A DNA stretch of 64,000 bases from Acidobacteriota bacterium (GTDB lineage Bacteria; Acidobacteriota; UBA6911; RPQK01; JAJDTT01), in NCBI GenBank assembly GCA_965263035.1, contig OZ253580.1:1376001-1440000 (forward strand). The letters run 5' to 3'. Below the pieces are notes generated by a model. The model saw only the letters and a list, made by a program, of their open reading frames with translations, was not told where the DNA came from and made no database searches. Of the stretch, positions 48,015-55,894 are shown in pieces (the stretch's first letter is position 1; each line of letters opens with the position of its first letter). Made by a program: the position numbers and the translations under genes.

Positions 48015-48893
48015 CTAGCCACCCGATCTCGATTTTCGGCCCAGGTGAAGACATGCGATCCCGGCCGAGAGGGTTCGGTGGTGGATCTCGCGGAACCCCG
48101 CCCTCTCCAGCAACCGGTCCAGATCCTCGGGCGCGAGGAACTGTCGCACCGACCGGGAGAGATAGTCGTAGGCTGGTCCGTGTCCCGAGATCCAACCGCC
48201 GAGTCGAGGCAGGATCCGCACGAAATAGAACAGGTACAGCGACCTGAACAGCGGCAAAGTGGGGAGCGTAAACTCCAGGATGGCCAACACGCCTCGGGGT
48301 CGGAGCACCCGATGCATTTCGGCCAGACCCTGGCGGTAGCTCTCCAGATTCCTCAATCCGAACGCGATGCTGACGGCGTCGAAGGACCGGTCCGGAAAGG
48401 GGAGTCTCAGCGCGTCCCCTTCGGCGAACGCAACACGACGGCCGTTTGCGGAACGGGACGCCTTCTTCTTACCCAAAACCAGCATGGGATGAGAGAAGTC
48501 ACACGCCACCACCGAACCCACATTGGAGAGCTCCAGGGCCAGGTCCCCGGTTCCCGTGCACAGGTCCAATATCCGCGGTTCCGACGGCAGCCGGCGTTCC
48601 AGCTCGCGCCTCGTCACCCGCCTCCAGCGCCGGTCCACGGACAGGGAGAGAAGACGGTTGGCCCGGTCGTATCGGGGGGCAATGGCGCCGAACATCCGGC
48701 GGATCCGCCCCGATTCCTTATCAGTCCGTGGTGAAAGTCCCGCGTAGCACCGAGACCGGGGCTGCGCCCGCCGGACCAGGCGCGGTGAGGGAGCATATTC
48801 GACCCTATGTGACCGAGGCGCAACGCAGTCCGCGCACGATGCAGACCCGGTCGAATGCCGCGACGACTTTTGCCACGGGCTATTATCCTCCAT
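48015..48893 (-). CDS. ubiE: Demethylmenaquinone/ubiquinone methyltransferase with a 55-aa MITE-derived insertion
   Basis: MF..IA.RYD..N..LS, LDLCTGTGD, GDALRLPF, AFGLRN, RVLRP.G, AY.YL..S. Confidence 0.93.
   Translation of the reverse strand: MEDNSPWQKSSRHSTGSASCADCVAPRSHRVEYAPSPRLVRRAQPRSRCYAGLSPRTDKESGRIRRMFGAIAPRYDRANRLLSLSVDRRWRRVTRRELERRLPSEPRILDLCTGTGDLALELSNVGSVVACDFSHPMLVLGKKKASRSANGRRVAFAEGDALRLPFPDRSFDAVSIAFGLRNLESYRQGLAEMHRVLRPRGVLAILEFTLPTLPLFRSLYLFYFVRILPRLGGWISGHGPAYDYLSRSVRQFLAPEDLDRLLERAGFREIHHRTLSAGIACLHLGRKSRSGG
48722..48882 (-). mobile_element. MITE family B, full copy inserted in frame in ubiE/menG
   Basis: 161 bp, homologous to 58041-58203; TSD ATAA on the minus strand (TTAT at 48718-48721 and 48883-48886). 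Confidence 0.9.
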
Positions 48894-48933
48894 TTGAATC
48901 CCCGGAACCCGCGACGGCAATCCCCGGCGACCG

Positions 48934-50025
48934 CTATTTCACTTGCTTCACTTGGTCCCAGGCCCGCGCCAGGTCCTGGTCTGGAATGTCGTCCCGGATC
49001 CGGGTGATCCCGATCGCCGCCAGCAACACGACGACCGTACGTTGATTCCGGCGTTTCTTGTCCCGCTTCATGGCCTCCACGACGCGACCCGTGGGCACCG
49101 TATCGATCGTTGGCAGAGGCCCGATCTCCCGGATCGACTGCACTGCCCGGTCCCGTGACTCCCGTGAAAGACCCGTGCGCCAATGCGAGAGATGAGCAGC
49201 AGCCATCATTCCGTAGGCTACCGCTTCCCCGTGGGTCACCCCCTGAAATCGGACGGCGGATTCCAGTCCGTGACCGAAGGTATGTCCCAGGTTCAGTATT
49301 CGCCGCAGATCCGATTCGCGTTCGTCCTGGGCGGTGACCTGCGCCTTGATCTGGCAGCAGCGCTGGATCAACTGCTGCATCACCGGGGCCTTCCGGGCCT
49401 GGATCTCTTCCAGCGACGCGTTCAGCCAATCGAAGAATTCGGCGTCCCGGATGAGGCCGTACTTGAACACTTCATAGAGTCCGGACTGATACTCTCGTTG
49501 AGGCAAGGAGAGAAGGGTTTCCGGGTCGATGCAGACCAGGCTCGGCTGCCAGAAGGAACCGACCATGTTCTTGGCCAGACCATGATTGACTCCGGTCTTG
49601 CCTCCAACTGAACTGTCCACCTGAGCCACCATCGTCGTCGGGATCTGGATATACGGAATTCCCCGCATGAAGGTGGCAGCGGCGAATCCCGCGATGTCTC
49701 CGGTCACGCCGCCACCCAGGGCCAACAGGGCCGACGAGCGATCCGCGCCGCCGGTCACGAGCTGTCCGTAGATCCGCTCGACGGTTCGGAGTGTCTTGTG
49801 GGATTCTCCGTCCGGTATCAGAATCTCCGATACCCGGAACCCGAAGTCCGCGAGACCCTGCATGAGCCGCTCGCCGTAGAGTTCGTGGACCGTGGGATTG
49901 GAGACCAGGAACAGCCTCCGGGTCGTCTCGCGGTCGCTCAGCAGCCTCGGGACCTCGGCCAGGAGACCGGGACCGATCAGGATGTCATAGCTGCGGCCGG
50001 GAAGGCTGACCTGAACCGTCTTCAC
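48934..50025 (-). CDS. aroB: 3-dehydroquinate synthase
   Basis: GGGVTGD, QVDSSVGGKTG, LNLGHTFGH, HGEAV, DKK. Confidence 0.97.
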   Translation of the reverse strand: MKTVQVSLPGRSYDILIGPGLLAEVPRLLSDRETTRRLFLVSNPTVHELYGERLMQGLADFGFRVSEILIPDGESHKTLRTVERIYGQLVTGGADRSSALLALGGGVTGDIAGFAAATFMRGIPYIQIPTTMVAQVDSSVGGKTGVNHGLAKNMVGSFWQPSLVCIDPETLLSLPQREYQSGLYEVFKYGLIRDAEFFDWLNASLEEIQARKAPVMQQLIQRCCQIKAQVTAQDERESDLRRILNLGHTFGHGLESAVRFQGVTHGEAVAYGMMAAAHLSHWRTGLSRESRDRAVQSIREIGPLPTIDTVPTGRVVEAMKRDKKRRNQRTVVVLLAAIGITRIRDDIPDQDLARAWDQVKQVK

Positions 50026-50112
50026 CGGGTTCCTTTCCTGCTGTACGCCGCTTTGGGAAATCGCGTCGGCATCGATGCGGCTGGTGCGATCTTGGAAAAA
50101 ACCGGTCCCGGG

Positions 50113-51096
50113 CTAACCCAGCACGCCTTCCAGAGGACTGCTCGCCGTGGCGTAGAGCTTGCGGGGAATCCGCCCCGCCTTATAGGCCAGACGACCCGAC
50201 TCCACGGCCAGTTTCATGCTCCGGGCCATGGACACCGGATCCTTGGCGCCGGCAATCCCGGTGTTCATGAGGACTCCGTCGATCCCCAGCTCCATGGCCA
50301 GCGTGGCGTCGGAAGCGGTCCCGACACCGGCGTCGACGATGACGGGAACCGAGGCGAACTCCAGGATGATGCGGATATTGTTGGGGTTCTGGATGCCGAG
50401 GCCCGAACCGATGGGGGCTCCCAACGGCATCACCGCCGCCGCTCCCGCATCCTCCAGCCGCTTGCAGACGATGGGGTCGTCGTTGGTGTAGGGGAGCACC
50501 ACGAATCCTTCCTTGACCAGCACGTGCGTGGCTTCCAACAAGGCTTCGTTGTCGGGGAACAGCGTGCGCTCGTCTCCGATCACCTCCAGCTTGACCAGAT
50601 TCGACAGGCCCGCCTCCCGCCCCAGCCGGGCGTATCGAATCGCTTCGGCCGCCGTGTAGCAGCCGGCGGTGTTGGGCAACAGCCGGTAGCGGTTGGGGTC
50701 GATGTGGTCCAGGAGGGATTCTCGAGTCTTGTCGGTCAGATTGACGCGCCGCACGGCCACCGTGACCAACTCGGCCCCGCTGGCCTCCAAGGCCTGCTCC
50801 ATCTGGCCGAAGGTCGCGTATTTCCCCGTTCCCACCAGCAAACGGGAGTGATACTCACGTCCGGCTATGGTCAGCGTATCTTCCACGGCCCCTCCTCCCA
50901 CGAAATGAACGATTTCGATCCGATCGCCACTTTGGATTTCCTGCTCGGCCCACCGGGCACGGCGGACGATCCGCTCATTGATTTCGACCGCGACCCGACC
51001 CCCCTCAAGCTCCAGATCCTGAACCAGATCCGCCACACTGCGGCCCAATTCCACCCGGTGCTGCAGACCATTCAAAACGACTTGGATCTTGCCCAT
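50113..51096 (-). CDS. thiG: ThiS-ThiG fusion (sulfur carrier plus thiazole synthase)
   Basis: ThiS ([14 protein letters not shown]) in frame with ThiG ([34 protein letters not shown]). Confidence 0.95.
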   Translation of the reverse strand: MGKIQVVLNGLQHRVELGRSVADLVQDLELEGGRVAVEINERIVRRARWAEQEIQSGDRIEIVHFVGGGAVEDTLTIAGREYHSRLLVGTGKYATFGQMEQALEASGAELVTVAVRRVNLTDKTRESLLDHIDPNRYRLLPNTAGCYTAAEAIRYARLGREAGLSNLVKLEVIGDERTLFPDNEALLEATHVLVKEGFVVLPYTNDDPIVCKRLEDAGAAAVMPLGAPIGSGLGIQNPNNIRIILEFASVPVIVDAGVGTASDATLAMELGIDGVLMNTGIAGAKDPVSMARSMKLAVESGRLAYKAGRIPRKLYATASSPLEGVLG

Positions 51097-51297
51097 GGGT
51101 CCATCGTTTTCGAGCCCAGTCTACTACGACGCCGCGCCCGTCTGCCAGCCGGACGGAGCCCTGACCCGCGGGGCATCGGCCCATTCCGGGACCATCGTCC
51201 GGCTCTAGCGGACCCAGGGTCGGAGCCACTCAACTTCCGGTCGAATTCCTCATCGAATGTTGGCGAGCGCCATCAACCTTGACGGGGTTCTGCACCA

Positions 51298-51463
51298 CTA
51301 GAGTCTGCGCGGTAGAAATGATCGTAGCGAGAAAGTGGGGAATCGAGGCCAGATTTTCTCGATTTGGAGGTGCATAGTTGTTCTATTCGCCGAGAAATCG
51401 AGGAAATATGGACCGATTCTACCGCTTTCGCAGTAGATCGATTTCTGCGGCGCAGGCTCCTAG
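51298..51463 (-). mobile_element. MITE family A, copy 3 (inverted)
   Basis: Reverse complement of copies 1 and 2; flanks CTA/CTAG. Confidence 0.92.
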
Positions 51464-51482
51464 CCTGATTGCCGAAGGGTTC

Positions 51483-52162
51483 CTATTGCCGGAAGAGTTC
51501 GTATGCCTCAGGGAGGAAAATCCGGGCGGTCATGATCTCCGTCATGGGGATGACGACCCGAAAATCTCCATACGCCAATCCGGATGACCCCTCAAGGGAC
51601 CTCCATATCATAGGCGCATAGTTGGTCTTGACTACCAACTCCTGTTTGTCTTTATCGCGGTAGCCGCTAGCCATCGGGACGATCTTAATATCGCCCTCAC
51701 CCTGGCTTTCGATTCCGCTCTTGAGGGGGAAGCCAATGTATACCTTTCTGCTCTTCAGCGAGATCTCAACCAGCCTTTGATTCTCGATGGATTCCGCGAC
51801 GAGCAACTCAATGAGGTCACCGCCTCTTTCTGCTACTCGTCAAGCGGCCTGTTCTTCGCTGTAGAAACGGTTGCCCACAAACGGCAGCACGAAGCCCAAC
51901 AGGGCACTCGGCAGTATTGCCGTCGAGGAGTAGGGGATTGATCCGTACGACGTCCATGCCGGGTCTATCCAAGACCAATAATAGTGCAGAGGAAGAACCA
52001 TCAAGTGTCCAATCCCCGCCAGAATGCCGCCGAGACCGCGGCCCGGAAGAAGACATGGTAACCGGAATCACGCAGAGCGCCGTAGCGGGTGAAGTAGAGA
52101 TGGGTCAGGAACCAGTATCCACCCAGAGCCGAGACGAGAAACAGACCAAGACCCAAGGGCAA
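51483..52162 (-). pseudogene. Degraded membrane-protein gene in a lower-GC islet
   Basis: Segments LGGYWFLTHLYFTRY..RDSGYHVFF, SALLGFVLPF..NRFY.EEQAA(TGA)RVAE and GDLIELL...LKSRKVYIG...PMASGYR lie in different frames. Confidence 0.7.
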
Positions 52163-52192
52163 CAGTTCCTGACAGATTGATGGCGTTGATCC

Positions 52193-52390
52193 TTACTGGC
52201 GTTTTTCCGGAGATGCACCGGACGAATCCCTTCCAAAGTCAAGTTTCGCCATTTTTTCGATGACGGCGCGCGCCCGCTTGCTGCGGAGCAGATCATCTGC
52301 TTTGACGTACAGCGCGCCCTTTGGCGTCACGTACACCGGAGGACGTTCCGGGTCCGTTGACGACGGTGCCTTTGGCGAAGTCTTCGTCAT
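52193..52390 (-). CDS. Small hypothetical protein (65 aa)
   Basis: AAGGAG RBS before ATG; lies upstream of the pseudogene. Confidence 0.55.
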   Translation of the reverse strand: MTKTSPKAPSSTDPERPPVYVTPKGALYVKADDLLRSKRARAVIEKMAKLDFGRDSSGASPEKRQ

Positions 52391-52622
52391 GATGTCTCCT
52401 TACTCCATAACGTCCGAAACTCATCGTACATGATCAAGGTGCTTTCGGACATGGAGCGGACCCGGCCAGCCCTCAAGATGGGCTGAAGTTCGAGCCTGCC
52501 CGGTTCTTCCTTTCATCGGAAGGGAGACCGTGTCGCTTGTAATTCACGGCGACCCGACATTAGGCGTCGCCGGGAGCGCATCCCCATATGCGGTGCGAAG
52601 CGGGGACCCTTGCCCCGAACCG

Positions 52623-53549
52623 TCAACGCAACAGATAGGCCAAGGCCAGGCCGACCTGGGCCGTCAGCGTCAGGAGATACATCTGCCGCCAACTGGGGTG
52701 GTTCTCCCAGTCCATGCTCCCTTCCCATTCCTGCGAAGACCGGACCAGCAGGAGGATGATCCAACCGCCCCAACCGGCGAGAATCAGCCCCAGGCCCGCC
52801 AGCAGCGCCGGTTGTCCGGACAGCAGCCCGAAGACCGCGCCCGGGACGAGGGCCAGAAATGGCAGTACAAAGAAAGGCGCGATGATCCGGATCGACCGGT
52901 GCACGCCATAGATAACGGGAAGCGTCCGGCAGCCGCCCCGGCGGTCCCCCTCCACGTCGGAGAAGTCCTTCGTGGTGACGGCCCCCAGGAAATAGACTCC
53001 CAGGATCGCACCGAGCACCCAAGGCTCCGGCTGCAGCACATGCTTCACGGTGGACCAACCGGCCACCGGGAGCAGCGTTCCCCGGACGACGGCGATGGTC
53101 AGGTTGGCCCAGATGCCTCGAGACTTGGTCCGGAATGGAGGCGCCGAGTAGAGACAGGTTCCCAGGGCGCCTCCGAGAACGACGAGAAAGCACTGGTAAT
53201 TGATCCAGATGGCCAGCAGCAGGGCGACCACCAGGAAGACCAGACTGAGGCCCCAGGCTTCCGGCATGGAGATGCGGCCCGATGGCAGCATGCGGTGAGG
53301 CTTGTTGATACGATCGATCTCCAGGTCGCAGATCTGGTTGAGGCCGTTGGAAAAGGCGTTCAGCGCGGCCGCCAGAACGGCTCCGGCCAAGATCCGCAGA
53401 ATGATCTCCTCACCCCCCGGGCTCCAGTCGGATACTCCCTTCGGATCCACCGAGAGCCCCATGAGTGCGCCGCAGACCATTCCCAGCGCCGGCACCAGCA
53501 GGGTGAAGGGGCGAATGAACCGGAAGTAACGGACGATTGGTTCAGGCAT
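52623..53549 (-). CDS. UbiA-superfamily prenyltransferase, homogentisate prenyltransferase-like motifs
   Basis: RPFT, GLNQICDLEIDRINKP, YSAPPFR.K, IAVVRG, TKDFSDVEGD; about 8 TM helices. Confidence 0.88.
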   Translation of the reverse strand: MPEPIVRYFRFIRPFTLLVPALGMVCGALMGLSVDPKGVSDWSPGGEEIILRILAGAVLAAALNAFSNGLNQICDLEIDRINKPHRMLPSGRISMPEAWGLSLVFLVVALLLAIWINYQCFLVVLGGALGTCLYSAPPFRTKSRGIWANLTIAVVRGTLLPVAGWSTVKHVLQPEPWVLGAILGVYFLGAVTTKDFSDVEGDRRGGCRTLPVIYGVHRSIRIIAPFFVLPFLALVPGAVFGLLSGQPALLAGLGLILAGWGGWIILLLVRSSQEWEGSMDWENHPSWRQMYLLTLTAQVGLALAYLLR

Positions 53550-53642
53550 GACGCGGCGGGTGCTTTACCTCGAAGCCCGGAAGGCACGGGCAACCGGCAG
53601 CGATTCCGAGTCGTCGGGAATCCATCGGCGCCGATCCATTTC

Positions 53643-54974
53643 TCAAGGGGTCGCCGGGGAACGGAAAAGGAACCAGATTCCCCCGCTGGCGCAGGCTCCC
53701 GCCAACGTATTGTACAAGTTGAGCACCTGGTGCCGGCCCGGGCCGTCCCGCCCGTCGCCGGCCAGCCAAGACTCGACTCCATTCCCCGCAATGGCTCCGG
53801 CCGCCAACGCCGGCAGTGCCGACGCAGGAATCCAGCTCCACAGGACCGGAACCGACGAAACCGCCAGGGCCGCAACCGATCCGGCCAGCGTGCCCGCAAG
53901 TGAAACGGCGCCGGGAGTCCCCACCGGAACCGGCTTGAAGGTGCGGAGATCCCTGGGAGTCCGTCCCAACCACTGCCCGATCTCGGTGGCGACCGTGTCC
54001 AGGGTGGCGGCGGCCAGGGCGCCGGTGTAGGCCACTCGCGCCACCGTGCTGTCGGCCCAGAAAAACAGCAGCGCCAGGATGCCCGCGACCAGACCCTTGG
54101 ACAGAACGTTGGCCACGCCTCTCCGTCCGAGATTCTCTTCCGCGACTCCCAGAGCCTCCTTCCGTCCCTTCCCCAACCAGGTGCTGAACCCGCCCAGGAA
54201 GAAAAAGAGGCAGAGGACGACATAGCCCGCGGGTCCCGCCGAGAGATAGACGCCGATCCCCAGGACCAGCCCGGCGGCGGCGCCGCGCCAGGAGATCCAA
54301 CCCACCATCAGACTGAGGCCGGCCAGGAGCAAGTTGATTCCAACCGCGTGGGACCAGGGCGCGGCCAGCTCGGGAATCAGGTCGGGCGCGCCCAGGAGCA
54401 GCGGGAAGATCCCGGCGCCGACCACCACGATGACCAGATTGTCGTCCACCAGGTTCGGCAACGACTCGGCCAAGGCGCAGACCAGGGAACCGAAAAGACA
54501 GAAGGCTGCCAGCGTGAGACTGGAAATTCCGTCCGATTGCGGCAGGTTCCAGACCAGGAGTGTCCAGGATCCCGCCGTCGCCGCCAGGAAGAAGCCAAGG
54601 GAGCCGCCCAGGCTCTTCTCCCGATTGTAGGGGAGTGGGACCCAGGGCCACCGCCGTCCCGCCAAGTTGGAAACCGAGTCTCCCACCGCCAGAACGGCCC
54701 AGACGGCCGCCGCGACGTGAAGGCGCTCGCGAAACAGGAGAAGCAGCATCATGATTCCGAAGGCGTAGTAGAGCTTGCCGGCGGAGTATCCCGCCTCCCG
54801 TTCCGAACCCCGCGTCGTCACCCGGATCCAACGAGGGGAAATGAACGCGGCGTAGAAAAACGAAAAGAGGCTCAGGAGAAGGATCAGCCCGTAGTCCACG
54901 TAGGGAAGGAGAAAGGCGAAGGCCAGGGGCAGCACATGTTCCAGCTGCCTCAGGTCCTCTCTTCCGTCCTTCAT
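53643..54974 (-). CDS. Fused prenol kinase (phytol/dolichol kinase-like) and DUF92 (VTE6-like) membrane protein
   Basis: N-half RQLEH, G.LYY, GD....AGR, LPYN..KS..GS, ES...DDNL. C-half RKEALGVAE...GRRG, DT.A.EIG, TFK.VP.GT.GAVSL.GTLAG. ATGA overlap with the upstream gene. Confidence 0.88.
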   Translation of the reverse strand: MKDGREDLRQLEHVLPLAFAFLLPYVDYGLILLLSLFSFFYAAFISPRWIRVTTRGSEREAGYSAGKLYYAFGIMMLLLLFRERLHVAAAVWAVLAVGDSVSNLAGRRWPWVPLPYNREKSLGGSLGFFLAATAGSWTLLVWNLPQSDGISSLTLAAFCLFGSLVCALAESLPNLVDDNLVIVVVGAGIFPLLLGAPDLIPELAAPWSHAVGINLLLAGLSLMVGWISWRGAAAGLVLGIGVYLSAGPAGYVVLCLFFFLGGFSTWLGKGRKEALGVAEENLGRRGVANVLSKGLVAGILALLFFWADSTVARVAYTGALAAATLDTVATEIGQWLGRTPRDLRTFKPVPVGTPGAVSLAGTLAGSVAALAVSSVPVLWSWIPASALPALAAGAIAGNGVESWLAGDGRDGPGRHQVLNLYNTLAGACASGGIWFLFRSPATP

Positions 54975-55894
54975 GATCCCATCCAACGGTTCGTGCTGCT
55001 CAGGCCCTCCTCCAGGGAGCGGGCCGAGTAGCCCAGATGGGAGCGGGCCTTGCCCGAGGAAAACCGCCAGTTCTGGAGAAAGAACTCGGCCGTGGAGGGG
55101 ACCAGCAACGGCGAGGTCCCCCGCAGTCGCGCGCTCCAGTCCTCCAACCGGGCGGCGGCGCGAAACAGCCCGTCCGGGAGACCCAGGGGAACGATCGGCA
55201 CGTCCGCAACCCTTCGGAAGGTCGCATACAGATCCCGGAGCGTCCGGTTTTCGCCTCCCAGGACGAAATCCTCTCCGGGGTCGGCATCCAGGCATCGAAC
55301 CAGAGCCTCGGCGACGTCGTCCACGTAGACGAAGTTCCAGCAGGGGGCCCCGCGGCCGGGCAGTGCCGCCACACGCAGCTTCTTCCACCGCCGAAGGAGA
55401 CGCACCAGCAGGTTCCCCTCCGTCATCGGCCCGGGGCCGTACACGACGGTGGGAAAGACCGTGTTCATGGGAAGCCGTTCCTTCCACCGGCCGGCCAGTC
55501 GAAATGCCTCGAATTTGCTCTGGTCGTACCCGTGGAAGAATCGGGTCCTGTCGGGAATTCGTTCCTCGGTATGGATCCCGTCGCCGCTGGGGCCAAAGAT
55601 GGTGAACGAGGAGACATGGACCATCCTGGCAACCCGGTGGCGCCGAGCCAGTTCCAGGACGTTCCTCAAACCGTCCACGTTGACCCGGAGGAAGGGGCCG
55701 GGCCGGGCCTGGACCAGGGCGGCCAGATGAAACACGGCCTCAGCGTCCCGGAAGCTGGGCTCCAAGGTCCGGATGCGGGTCACGTCCTGGCCCCGGGATC
55801 GCGAAGCCACGGTCACGTCGTGCCCTTGCTCCCTTAGCCTTCGCACCAGGACACTCCCCAGGAAGCCTGTCCCGCCCGTGACCAGGCACCTCAT
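54971..55894 (-). CDS. Extended SDR (NAD-dependent epimerase family), farnesol dehydrogenase/HpnA-like
   Basis: TGGTGFLG, VFHLAALV, VNVDGLRNVLE, SSF, YDQSK, GPG.MTEGN, VDDV, GEN, LGY..RSLEEGL. Confidence 0.85.
   Translation of the reverse strand: MRCLVTGGTGFLGSVLVRRLREQGHDVTVASRSRGQDVTRIRTLEPSFRDAEAVFHLAALVQARPGPFLRVNVDGLRNVLELARRHRVARMVHVSSFTIFGPSGDGIHTEERIPDRTRFFHGYDQSKFEAFRLAGRWKERLPMNTVFPTVVYGPGPMTEGNLLVRLLRRWKKLRVAALPGRGAPCWNFVYVDDVAEALVRCLDADPGEDFVLGGENRTLRDLYATFRRVADVPIVPLGLPDGLFRAAARLEDWSARLRGTSPLLVPSTAEFFLQNWRFSSGKARSHLGYSARSLEEGLSSTNRWMGS

Noticed and set aside
51097-51297. Possible TPP riboswitch upstream of thiS-thiG
   Set aside because: The conserved CTGAGA and ACCTG core elements were not found.
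52460-52620. Cluster of small hairpins downstream of the UbiA gene
   Set aside because: Short GC-rich stems without a U-tract or a second copy; not distinguishable from chance.
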